Origin: a bacterium
GTDB taxonomy: Bacteria > Verrucomicrobiota > Verrucomicrobiia > Limisphaerales > UBA11358
Assembly: GCA_021813325.1 (NCBI GenBank)
Contig: JAKALA010000013.1
Location: 3,503 to 67,502, forward strand
Length of the DNA stretch: 64,000 nt
Direction of reading: 5' to 3'
Of the stretch, positions 41,169 through 50,390 are shown one piece after another. The translations under genes were made by a program, and so were the position numbers. The notes below the pieces were generated by a model. The model saw only the letters and a program-made list of their open reading frames with translations, was not told the DNA's origin and ran no database searches. Position 1 is the first letter of the stretch. Each line of letters begins with the position of its first letter.

Positions 41169-41729
41169 ATGACACTCGACGACATTCTTCTGGAAGCCGA
41201 AGAAAAAATGATTAAAACCGAACAGGTAATTGTTAATGAGTTTGCCGGTGTCCGCACGGGCAAAGCGTCGCCTGGTTTGGTGGAAAACATCCAAGCGGAA
41301 GTCTATGGCTCGATGATGCGCATTCGCGAACTGGCCAGCATCACCACGCCCGAACCGCGCATGTTGGTCATCCAGCCATGGGATGTCGGGGCGCTGCAGC
41401 CCATCGAGAAGGCCATTCAAAAGGCGAATATCGGCCTTTCGCCGGTGGTGCAGGGCAAACTGCTGCGGCTGGCGTTCCCGGAATTGAGCACGGAGCGACG
41501 TCAGGAATTTGTCAAACTGACCAAAAAAATGGCCGAGGATGGGCGCGTGGCGATTCGCCATGTTCGCCGTGATGCCATGGATTTATTCAAGAAGCACGCG
41601 CATGACAGTGGCGTCACGGAAGATGAAAAGAAACAGGCCGAGAAGGATCTGCAGAAACTGACCGACGATTACATCGCCAAAATTGATGGGCACACGGCGA
41701 ACAAGGAAAAGGAAATCATGACGGTCTAA
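41169..41729 (+). CDS. frr: ribosome recycling factor
   Basis: 186 aa with GRASP-like VRTGKASPGLVENI...RRDAMD...EKDLQKLTDDYI. Confidence 0.95.
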   Translation: MTLDDILLEAEEKMIKTEQVIVNEFAGVRTGKASPGLVENIQAEVYGSMMRIRELASITTPEPRMLVIQPWDVGALQPIEKAIQKANIGLSPVVQGKLLRLAFPELSTERRQEFVKLTKKMAEDGRVAIRHVRRDAMDLFKKHAHDSGVTEDEKKQAEKDLQKLTDDYIAKIDGHTANKEKEIMTV

Positions 41730-41752
41730 GCCGGTAAAATATTCGTTTGCCG

Positions 41753-41787
41753 GGCCGCTTCAGAAAATTGGAGCGGCCTTTAGTTTG
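41753..41787. terminator. hairpin terminator between convergent frr and ftsB-like genes
   Basis: GGCCGCT-tcagaaaattgg-AGCGGCC followed by TTTAGTTTG. Confidence 0.6.
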
Positions 41788-41843
41788 TCGGGCCGGTTTG
41801 CTGAACCAGCGTTAGGATGCTCAGGATTCCCCCCAAAAACGCT

Positions 41844-42170
41844 TCAGTGTGCCGGTATCGTGGCCGCGTTGGTTTCAAATAGAATAACCGTCTCGTCAGT
41901 TTTTGCGTAACGTAGTTTCTCGCGGGCCAGCCGGGCGACGGTCGCGGGGTCGTCGCGCAGGGCATCAATATCGGCCCGCAACTGTTTGGAAATGGCTTCC
42001 TGTTTCTGCAGCTCGGAGTCGAGGCGCTGAATTTCCTGGCGGAACCGCTCGTTTTTTTGAATTTCTGGAAGGTAAGTGAGTCCAATCAGGATTAAAATGG
42101 CCACCACCACGAGGGCGATGACCGCCTGCGTGAGTTTGCTCCAGATGCCAAGATCGGCTTTCATGCGCAA
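41844..42170 (-). CDS. ftsB: FtsB/DivIC-family septum formation initiator
   Basis: N-terminal TM, a coiled coil, and a DDPATVARLAREKLRYAKTDETVI tail. Confidence 0.75.
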   Translation of the reverse strand: MRMKADLGIWSKLTQAVIALVVVAILILIGLTYLPEIQKNERFRQEIQRLDSELQKQEAISKQLRADIDALRDDPATVARLAREKLRYAKTDETVILFETNAATIPAH

Positions 42171-42249
42171 AGTTAAACATGCGATGTGACCGGGTTAAAG
42201 CGGATTTTGCTGACAAGCGCTGGAGGATGGTCTAGTTTTTCGCGCACGG

Positions 42250-42876
42250 ATGATTAAGGCATTTTTTCTCATTTTTGAACCCATGGTCACATGGGACCGG
42301 ATCGCCCAAGCTCGACGCAGTCTGGCTGCGGTGTTTATCACCTACTTGATGCCCATGGTGTTGATAACCGTATCCGTCGAGGGATGGGGGTTGTATCATT
42401 GGGGCAAGTGGCAGACCCAATTCCAAAAACTAAAAGACTTCCCGGCGAATACGGTCATTACCTATGAGGCCATTCAGACGCTTCTGCTGGTGGGCATGGT
42501 CCTGGTCAGCGCGCTGGTCTTGTTGCGGATTGCTCAAACCTTTGGCGGGCGCTGCTCTTACCTCCAGACCTTCAAGCTGATTGCCTATGGATTCAGCCCG
42601 TTGTTCTTGGTCCGGCTGTTGGACGCGGGGCCATCGGTGCCACCGGCCGCCACTTGGGCTTTGGGTGTTCTTTTGACCATTTGGATTCTTTACCAAGGCG
42701 TGCCGCGCGTGTTGCTGCCCGACCCGGCCCACGCGTTTGGCATGTATTTGTCATCCATCATTGTGGTGACGCTGACCTCCGGTTTGGTGCGCGTGATGAC
42801 CGCACTGTATTTGCTCGGTTATGTCGATTTTCATAATTCCTGGCTGACGCATAAATTCCCGGGTCTGTTCCAATGA
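42250..42876 (+). CDS. Yip1-domain membrane protein
   Basis: FEPMVTWDRIA N-terminus plus 5 TM helices, the typical Yip1/DUF1282 organisation. Confidence 0.65.
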   Translation: MIKAFFLIFEPMVTWDRIAQARRSLAAVFITYLMPMVLITVSVEGWGLYHWGKWQTQFQKLKDFPANTVITYEAIQTLLLVGMVLVSALVLLRIAQTFGGRCSYLQTFKLIAYGFSPLFLVRLLDAGPSVPPAATWALGVLLTIWILYQGVPRVLLPDPAHAFGMYLSSIIVVTLTSGLVRVMTALYLLGYVDFHNSWLTHKFPGLFQ

Positions 42877-43130
42877 ATTTGCCGGTGAAGCAACGGTTGT
42901 TTTCCGAGTTAGCTGAGCTGGACGCCAAGGTTAAATCCATGGCGTCCGTCAATCCAAAACCCAATTTAATGCCAATATTTGTGCGGATTGATGATCTGAC
43001 CGGACAATTGCCGCCAAATACTGACCCCACTTTGTTGCATTATCTCCACAAAAAAAGCTACGAAAAGGCCCGCTTTTATTTGGAGGGGCGTGATGTCGAA
43101 AACCAGGCCGGCAAGTGCCGGCCCGTCTAA
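42873..43130 (+). CDS. hypothetical 85-aa protein, ATGA-coupled to the Yip1 gene
   Basis: Its ATG overlaps the upstream TGA. Protein-like composition. I recognise no family. Confidence 0.5.
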   Translation: MNLPVKQRLFSELAELDAKVKSMASVNPKPNLMPIFVRIDDLTGQLPPNTDPTLLHYLHKKSYEKARFYLEGRDVENQAGKCRPV

Positions 43131-43172
43131 ATTTTTGCTCGCGGCAGCGCCGGCTTGCGAGAAACTTCCCTC

Positions 43173-44561
43173 ATGACGCTGGACGACACCATCGCAGCCA
43201 TTGCCACACCGCTTGGCGAAGGCGGTCTGGCCGTGGTCCGGCTTTCAGGCTCCCATGCTTTTTCCATCGCCGACAAATGCTTCGAGCCGGTTGGAAAAAC
43301 GTCGCTGAAACCTTCGTCCGCGCCCACGCATACGATCCAATTTGGCAAAATTGTTCACCACGCCAGGGTGATTGATGAAGTTTTGCTCGCCGTGTTGCGC
43401 GGACCGCGCACCTTTACCCGCGAAGACACGGTTGAAATTTCCTGCCACGGCGGGCTGCTGCCGGCCAAACTTATTTTAGATGCTTTGCTCGCTGGCGGAG
43501 CGCGTCTGGCGGAACCGGGCGAATTCACCAAACGCGCTTTTCTGAATGGGCGCATTGACCTGGCGCAGGCCGAGGCGGTTGCCGATGTGATTCATTCGCG
43601 CACGGAACTCGCGCTGGCTGCCGCCAATGAGCAGCTCGCCGGCAAGTTGTCCCAGCGCATCAATCAATTGCGCGATGATTTCATGCTGACCCTGGCGCAC
43701 CTCGAGGCGCACATTGATTTTCCCGACGAAGACATCGCGCCCGACACCAAAAGTCAGTTGCTCACGCGCCTGGAAAATGGCGTGGCCTTCATGGACGAAC
43801 TGCTGCAAACCGCGGACGAGGGCCAGTTGCTGCGGCGTGGCATTCGCGCGGCGATCATTGGCCGCCCCAACGCGGGCAAATCCAGCTTGCTCAACCAGCT
43901 TTTGGGGCACGACCGCGCCATCGTCTCGCATATTCCCGGCACCACGCGGGACACGATTGAAGAGACCGCCAACATCCGCGGATTGCCCGTGATTTTCATT
44001 GATACCGCCGGTTTGCGCGAATCGCACGATGAAATCGAGCGTGAAGGCATCCGCCGCAGCCGCCGGTCGCTGGAGCAGGCGGAATTGATCCTGCACGTTT
44101 TTGACGCCAGCGAACCGCTGGCCGAGTCGGATGAAATGTATCTGGCGGAATTGGCCGGCAAAAAACGGATTCTGGTGCTCAATAAAACTGATTTGCCGTT
44201 GAAGCTGGAATTGCCAAGCCGCTCAAATACCGGCGCTCAACCATTTGAAAAAATCCACATTTCTTGTGTGAGCAGGCAGGGGATCGAGGCGCTCAAGGAG
44301 GCAATCAAATCGATGGTCTGGGCTGGCGAAATCAAGGCTGAAATGTTGCAGATTGCCATCAATTCCCGCCATCAAGACGCGTTGAATCGCGCGCGCGCGT
44401 CCGCGCGCCAGGCGGCGGACGCGTTGCGCAATGATGTTACGCTGGAACTCGTGGCCATGGATTTGCGGATTGCCGCCAATGCGATCGGCGAGATCGTGGG
44501 CAAAACCACCACGGAAGATCTGCTGGATTCCATTTTCAGCGCTTTTTGCATCGGTAAATGA
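43173..44561 (+). CDS. mnmE: tRNA modification GTPase MnmE (TrmE)
   Basis: DTIAAIATPLGEGGLAVVRLSG, G-domain GRPNAGKSSLLN, DTAGLR, and the C-terminal CIGK. Confidence 0.95.
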   Translation: MTLDDTIAAIATPLGEGGLAVVRLSGSHAFSIADKCFEPVGKTSLKPSSAPTHTIQFGKIVHHARVIDEVLLAVLRGPRTFTREDTVEISCHGGLLPAKLILDALLAGGARLAEPGEFTKRAFLNGRIDLAQAEAVADVIHSRTELALAAANEQLAGKLSQRINQLRDDFMLTLAHLEAHIDFPDEDIAPDTKSQLLTRLENGVAFMDELLQTADEGQLLRRGIRAAIIGRPNAGKSSLLNQLLGHDRAIVSHIPGTTRDTIEETANIRGLPVIFIDTAGLRESHDEIEREGIRRSRRSLEQAELILHVFDASEPLAESDEMYLAELAGKKRILVLNKTDLPLKLELPSRSNTGAQPFEKIHISCVSRQGIEALKEAIKSMVWAGEIKAEMLQIAINSRHQDALNRARASARQAADALRNDVTLELVAMDLRIAANAIGEIVGKTTTEDLLDSIFSAFCIGK

Positions 44562-44605
44562 ATTTCCATTTTTGACACGCCCGCTTCGGTCTCTATCCTT
44601 AGGTC

Positions 44606-45685
44606 ATGCGAATCGTTCCCGTTTCACTCGGCCGCCGCAGCTATGAAATTAAAGTTGGCGGGGGTTTGCTGCCCCGGCTGGGCGTGGAGTGCGCCGCCCT
44701 CAAGCTGGGCCGGCGATGTGCCGTCGTCACGGATTCCAACGTCGGGAAGCAATTCGCCAAGTCCGCGGTGGAATCACTTTCGGCGGCTGGTTTTCAACCG
44801 GTTTTGGTTGCCGTGCCCGCCGGTGAAAAATCCAAATGCCTGTCGCGGGTGGAAAAATGCCACGACCAGCTGGCGAAACATCGTTTGGAGCGGAAATCAT
44901 TTATTGTCGCCCTGGGTGGTGGCGTGGTCGGCGATCTCGCGGGTTTTGTGGCGGCGACGTATTTGCGCGGGATTCCGTTTGTGCAGGTGCCGACCAGTTT
45001 GTTGGCCCAAGTGGACAGTTCCGTGGGCGGTAAAACCGGGGTGAATCTCAAGTCGGGCAAGAATCTGGTCGGAGCGTTTTATCAGCCGCGCCTCGTGCTG
45101 TGTGATCTGGACACGTTGAAAACCTTGCCGCGTCGCGAATATGTCTCCGGCCTCGCGGAGGTGATCAAATACGGGGTCATTTACGACGAACCGCTGTTTG
45201 CCCGCCTGGAGCGCGATTTGTCCAAATTACTCAAGCGCCAGGAAACCACGTTGCGGGATGTGGTGGCGCGGTGCTGCGAGATTAAGGCGGAGGTTGTCGG
45301 CCTGGATGAAACCGAAAGCGGCTTGCGCGCCGTTTTAAATTTTGGTCATACCATCGGCCACGCCATCGAGAACAGCTCCGGCTACGGGAAATACTTGCAC
45401 GGCGAAGCAATTTCAATAGGCCAGGTGGCGGCGGCCAAATTATCGCAGCAGGTGCTGGGCTTGCCTGCCGACGAAGTCGGGCGGATCGAAAAACTCTTTA
45501 TCCGGGCTGGATTGCCGGTAAGCATCAAGCTGGATGCCGCTCGGCGCAAAAAGCTGTTTGCCGCCATGCTGCTCGATAAGAAAGTCAGCGCGGGCGAAAT
45601 CAAGTTCGTGCTCGCCCAAAAAATCGGCCAAGTGGTTTGGGGCCAAAAAGTGCCGACAGAACTGATTCAACTCGCGGTGCCCTGA
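44606..45685 (+). CDS. aroB: 3-dehydroquinate synthase
   Basis: ALGGGVVGDLAGFVAATYLRGIPFVQVPTSLLAQVDSSVGGKTGVN and LNFGHTIGHAIE. Confidence 0.95.
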   Translation: MRIVPVSLGRRSYEIKVGGGLLPRLGVECAALKLGRRCAVVTDSNVGKQFAKSAVESLSAAGFQPVLVAVPAGEKSKCLSRVEKCHDQLAKHRLERKSFIVALGGGVVGDLAGFVAATYLRGIPFVQVPTSLLAQVDSSVGGKTGVNLKSGKNLVGAFYQPRLVLCDLDTLKTLPRREYVSGLAEVIKYGVIYDEPLFARLERDLSKLLKRQETTLRDVVARCCEIKAEVVGLDETESGLRAVLNFGHTIGHAIENSSGYGKYLHGEAISIGQVAAAKLSQQVLGLPADEVGRIEKLFIRAGLPVSIKLDAARRKKLFAAMLLDKKVSAGEIKFVLAQKIGQVVWGQKVPTELIQLAVP

Positions 45686-45773
45686 GTTTTCCAATTGTTT
45701 TCGCGGACTGAAAAACTTTTTGCGGTTTCGATTTTACACGGCGGATTCACTCCGTTAAACCATTCGCCCATTT

Positions 45774-48053
45774 TTGATGAACGAAGCCCATATATTGACA
45801 ATCGCCGGCGAGCTGAAGGTCCAGCCGCGCCAGGTCCTTGCCACCGCCCGACTCTTTGCCGAAGGCGCCACCGTGCCGTTTATCGCCCGTTACCGCAAGG
45901 AAGCCACCGGTTCGCTGGATGAAGTGGCCGTCACCACCATTCGCGAACGTCTGTTGAGCCTGGCCGAACTGGATCAACGCCGCGAAGCGATTCTTAAATC
46001 GCTGGAAGAACGCAATCTTCTGACGGATAAACTCAAGGCCGACATCGCCGGCGCCGACAATCTCACGCGGTTGGAGGATATTTACCAGCCGTTCCGTCCG
46101 AAGCGCCGCACCCGCGCGATGATCGCCAAGGAACAAGGCCTGGAGCCGCTGGCTGATCTGATTTTTGCCCAGCAACCGGGCACCGATCCACAGGCCGAAG
46201 CCGCCAAATATGTCAGCACGGAAAAGGGCGTGGCCGATGCGAATGCTGCGTTGGCGGGTGCGCGCGATATCATCGCCGAACGCGTCAGCGATGACGCCAT
46301 TGCCCGGGCCAAACTGCGCGATTTGTATTGGAACGAAGGCGTGGTCAAATCCAAGGTCATGTCCGACAAACAGGAAGCCGGCGCGAAGTTTAAAGATTAC
46401 TTCGACTGGAGCGAACCCGTCGCCAAAGTGCCCAGCCATCGCCTGCTGGCGATGCGCCGCGGTGAAACCGAGGGGGTTTTGATGATGCGCATTTCCATCG
46501 AGGAAATGTCCGCGCTCGCCCTGTTGGAACCGCTGTTCGTCAAGGGCCGGGGCGCGGCGGCGGATCAAGTTCGCCTGGCCGTGCAAGACAGTTACAAACG
46601 TTTGCTCGGTTCCGCCATTGAAGTGGAATTGCGCTTGGAAACCAAGAAACGCGCGGATGCCGAAGCAATCCGGGTGTTCGCGGAAAATTTGCGCGAGCTG
46701 CTGCTTGCTTCGCCGTTGGGTAGTAAAAATGTCCTTGCGATCGATCCCGGTTTTCGCACCGGTTGCAAGATTGTGGTCCTCGATCGTCAGGGCAAATTGC
46801 TGCATAACGACGTGATTTACCCGACCGCATCGTCCACGGCGGAAATTCGCGAAGCTGCCGAAGCCGTGTTGAGCATGGTGAAAAAATATCAGATCGAAGC
46901 CATCGCCATCGGCAATGGCACGGCGAGCCGCGAGACGGAAAATTTCGTGAAGCTGCTCAAGCTGACCATACCGATCTTAGTCGTGAATGAAAGCGGCGCT
47001 TCCATTTACTCCGCCTCCGAAGTCGCCCGCGAGGAATTTCCGAATCACGATGTGACCGTGCGCGGTGCGGTTTCCATTGGTCGCCGTTTGATGGATCCGC
47101 TCGCGGAACTGGTGAAGCTTGATCCAAAATCCATCGGCGTCGGCCAATATCAACATGATGTCGATCAAGCCGCGCTGAAGCGCAGCTTGGATGACATTGT
47201 TGTCAGTTGCGTAAACGGCGTGGGCGTGGATCTCAACACCGCCAGCAAGCAATTACTTGCCTATGTTTCCGGCCTTGGCCCGGCGCTGGCGGCGAATATT
47301 GTCGCGTATCGCAACGAAAACGGGCCATTCAAAACGCGTGCGGATTTGAAGAAGGTGCCTCGCCTCGGCGAAAAAGCCTACGAACAAGCGGCCGGCTTTT
47401 TGCGCATTCGGGGCAGCACAAATCCGCTGGATGCCAGCGCGGTTCACCCGGAGAGCTACGACATCGTGGATCGCATGGCGAAGGATTTGAATTGTGCGGT
47501 CAGCGACTTGCTGCGCGATGCCGGTTTGCGGCAGAAAATTCAACTGCCGAAATACGTCACGGAAGCAGTGGGTTTGCCGACGTTGAATGACATTCTCGGC
47601 GAATTGGCCAAGCCCGGACGCGATCCGCGCCAGAAGTTTGAAGTCTTCTCGTTCCAGAGCGGCATCGAAAAAATGGAAGATTTGAAGCCCGGCATGAAGT
47701 TGCCCGGCATCGTGACGAATGTGACGGCGTTCGGTGCCTTCGTGGACATCGGCGTGCATCAAGACGGGCTGGTGCATGTCAGCCAGTTGTCGGATCGCTT
47801 CATCAAAGATCCGGCGGAAGTGGTGAAAGTTTCGCAAAAAGTCATGGTTACCGTGACGGAGGTGGATTTGCCGCGCAAACGCATTGCGCTATCCATGAAA
47901 GCCGCACCGCAGATCGGGCCGAGCACAACCGGTGCGCGCACGTCGCCGAATGCGCCGCGGCCAGCGGGTGGTGGATTCAATCGCCCGTCGCAACCGGCGA
48001 AACCCGCGCCGGTGGATTGGTTCACGGCGGCGCTGAACAAGAATAAGAAGTGA
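45774..48053 (+). CDS. tex: Tex-like transcription accessory protein (YqgF/HhH/S1 domains)
   Basis: FAEGATVPFIARYRKEATGSLDE. The C-terminal S1 domain is GIVTNVTAFGAFVDIGVHQDGLVHVSQL. Confidence 0.95.
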   Translation: MMNEAHILTIAGELKVQPRQVLATARLFAEGATVPFIARYRKEATGSLDEVAVTTIRERLLSLAELDQRREAILKSLEERNLLTDKLKADIAGADNLTRLEDIYQPFRPKRRTRAMIAKEQGLEPLADLIFAQQPGTDPQAEAAKYVSTEKGVADANAALAGARDIIAERVSDDAIARAKLRDLYWNEGVVKSKVMSDKQEAGAKFKDYFDWSEPVAKVPSHRLLAMRRGETEGVLMMRISIEEMSALALLEPLFVKGRGAAADQVRLAVQDSYKRLLGSAIEVELRLETKKRADAEAIRVFAENLRELLLASPLGSKNVLAIDPGFRTGCKIVVLDRQGKLLHNDVIYPTASSTAEIREAAEAVLSMVKKYQIEAIAIGNGTASRETENFVKLLKLTIPILVVNESGASIYSASEVAREEFPNHDVTVRGAVSIGRRLMDPLAELVKLDPKSIGVGQYQHDVDQAALKRSLDDIVVSCVNGVGVDLNTASKQLLAYVSGLGPALAANIVAYRNENGPFKTRADLKKVPRLGEKAYEQAAGFLRIRGSTNPLDASAVHPESYDIVDRMAKDLNCAVSDLLRDAGLRQKIQLPKYVTEAVGLPTLNDILGELAKPGRDPRQKFEVFSFQSGIEKMEDLKPGMKLPGIVTNVTAFGAFVDIGVHQDGLVHVSQLSDRFIKDPAEVVKVSQKVMVTVTEVDLPRKRIALSMKAAPQIGPSTTGARTSPNAPRPAGGGFNRPSQPAKPAPVDWFTAALNKNKK

Positions 48054-48059
48054 TTTTTT

Positions 48060-48740
48060 ATGGCTGACAAGAAATCCAAATCCAAGCAGGACGAGCAGGC
48101 GCAGTTGCTCAGTTTGTTGCGCTCCATTTTACCAAAAGTGGCGCCCGATCCTGATCTCGCCGCGCGTATTTATTCCGCCGCTGAAGACGAGTTGCGTTCC
48201 AAAAATCGGGTTAACTCTTTTGAGCGTTTTTGCGAACGCATTGAATTGCCGGATTTGGAGCCGAAAACCGTGGAAGACGTGAAACAACATTTCGTGGCCG
48301 GTTTTGGCGATGCCGACATGGATATTCAACCGGACGAGGAAAACCAGGCGCTGGTGGTGGACGTGGCGTTGCCGGATGGCACCCAATTTCACAAACGTAT
48401 TCCCGTCCGCGCGGTCGCACCGGAAAGCGACGAACCGGAAGTGACACTGAAATTTGTGGCGTTTCCGGTGGCCTTGCCCGGCGATCAGGAAATGATCTGG
48501 GCGCTGGCCAAGCGCGAGAATTTGACGAACGACGAGGCGGCGATGGCGTTGACTAAATTGCAGGATGACTTCTGGGCCTCGAAGGCGGGACAAAAGCTGC
48601 TGAAAGACCGCGTCGAACGCTCCTTTCCGGAATTCATCGCGCGCGTCCCCTCCGGACTGCTCAATGAAGTCGGTTTGAAACGGCATTACAAGCTGCCGGA
48701 AACGCTGAAGGTGTTGCGGGCCGGTGCCAGCAAAGCCTAG
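48060..48740 (+). CDS. hypothetical 226-aa protein
   Basis: Starts 7 nt after the tex stop. Balanced, acidic, protein-like composition. I recognise no family. Confidence 0.55.
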   Translation: MADKKSKSKQDEQAQLLSLLRSILPKVAPDPDLAARIYSAAEDELRSKNRVNSFERFCERIELPDLEPKTVEDVKQHFVAGFGDADMDIQPDEENQALVVDVALPDGTQFHKRIPVRAVAPESDEPEVTLKFVAFPVALPGDQEMIWALAKRENLTNDEAAMALTKLQDDFWASKAGQKLLKDRVERSFPEFIARVPSGLLNEVGLKRHYKLPETLKVLRAGASKA

Positions 48741-49264
48741 CAGCCTGTTTGAGTGCGCCGTGAAAAGGTGCAGGGCTCCTGTGGATAGGCCCGAAAGATC
48801 GAGACCACCCGGCAACTTACGCTTCAGCCGGTAGCAACCGAGGCGAGTATGGAAGCAATGAAATGCTCGAAGTCTTCATGATTAATGCTGCCTTTCTCTT
48901 TACTAGCTTCACTAGCACACCCCAGTGTGCTACCATTACCTCATCTCTTTTTGCAGAACTTTTAAGACACTACCCAACTTGATCGCCACCCAGGTTTGGA
49001 AATTCAGCCTGGAGGCAACGGTTGCCCTGCGCCGGATGCGCCGCCGGAACTCCGGCGCCGCCGCCTGCCACGCCTTGGCTGAATTGGGGCCTTGATGTCA
49101 CTGTATATTATGCGAATCTCAATAAAAAAAGCCCATATCGGATGGTGTGTATTGTTTTCATAGCAGCTAACGTCCACGGACTGAGCCACGCGCACCGCGA
49201 CATCCGAACGGCGAAAATCCGAAGCGCATAACTGAAAGCGCCAACCGCGTTGGCTCAAGTGACG

Positions 49265-49696
49265 TTAGGCGACGTGGTCTTCACTCAAAATCGCTTCCAT
49301 CTGTCGCTCGTTCGGATATAGCGACAACATAATCCCAATACCGAGCGAACCAACCAAAACCAACAACTCAGGCGGAAGATAATCCGTCTGCACGGCAACA
49401 TCTCGACGTTTATAACCGAAGTGCAGACGAAGGTCGGTAACGCCGGGAAAGGCATTGAGTCGTGATACCTCAGCATGATACTCCTGCAAGAATGCAGCAA
49501 CTTCCTTGCACTGCTTGGCCAACTCACCATACGAATTGCTTACCTCCAAGCTAAACCCAGAGTAAGCCCAACGCTTGTTCTTACAGCCTCGCGACTCGCC
49601 TCGGTGTGCAACGCGATAGGGCACGAACGGGCTGCGAGCAAGAAACGCATCAACGTCGAAGCTCTCACCGGAAACATCGAAAATACAATTTGGCAT
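49265..49696 (-). CDS. hypothetical protein, tentatively DUF4279-like
   Basis: Isolated ORF in a lower-GC stretch. The pattern FDVSGESFDVDAFL...G....W.....L......L..EL..L..LGI.I.LSLY resembles DUF4279 as I remember it; not verified. Confidence 0.5.
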   Translation of the reverse strand: MPNCIFDVSGESFDVDAFLARSPFVPYRVAHRGESRGCKNKRWAYSGFSLEVSNSYGELAKQCKEVAAFLQEYHAEVSRLNAFPGVTDLRLHFGYKRRDVAVQTDYLPPELLVLVGSLGIGIMLSLYPNERQMEAILSEDHVA

Positions 49697-50390
49697 ATTT
49701 GCTGTGCGCCTGGTCGCCTACTCTTGATACACGAACCGTAAATCGTGACTCTCGACTGGATCGAGTCCCGCCCCATGCCTGATTGAATCCCGCCGGCCTT
49801 TCGTTAGCATGTTCTTATGGAGCCAGAGCTTTAAATTCCTGTCAATTATTTAGATTCACCCCGCCAAAACTCCGGCTTTTTTTCAGAAGATCAGACATCG
49901 CCGGCGCATCGCTGACGGCGGTGGCAATCGGAAGGAAAGCTCAGGCACGCCAACCGCCGCCCCAGGCAAACACCGGAGACCCATCTTACGCGTCATCCGA
50001 GTTCCTCCCAATAAAAGCTATTGATCGCTTTGGTTGCTCATAGGTATTTTCGCGAAATCCATGGCGCGGTGCCTTCCTCCGACCCAAGCCAACCTCACCG
50101 GCATTTTATTTTGTAAATTAAATTAACAATTTGTGGCGCAGATTCGATCCGTTTGGCGCATGTATCAGCGTCCCCTTGTGTAACAGCAGGAGAACAGGCT
50201 CGTTTATCAGGCCATAAGCCAATGAAACACAACAACAAAATGCTCTGCGGATGCCGGATGTTCCGCCGCGTTTATTTCAAAGGTTTCTTGATGTCCGAAG
50301 ACGACGAAGGAATGGATTCAACCTATCAATCACCCCGCAGCATGACTTGGAAATGAAAGGGCACAAACCTCAAACCGGAAGCCTAACACT

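Noticed and set aside
45747-46805. 352-aa minus-strand ORF
   Set aside because: It is antisense to tex, which is recognisable along its full length.
49745-49775. tRNA-like T-arm string GGATCGAGTCC (possible tRNA fragment or att site)
   Set aside because: No complementary T-stem, acceptor stem or anticodon arm can be drawn around it, so I treat it as coincidental.
49883-49996. 37-codon minus-strand ORF with a GGGAGGA Shine-Dalgarno sequence
   Set aside because: It is too short and its composition is unremarkable (MTRKMGLRCLPGAAVGVPELSFRLPPPSAMRRRCLIF). It has no partner gene or conservation evidence.
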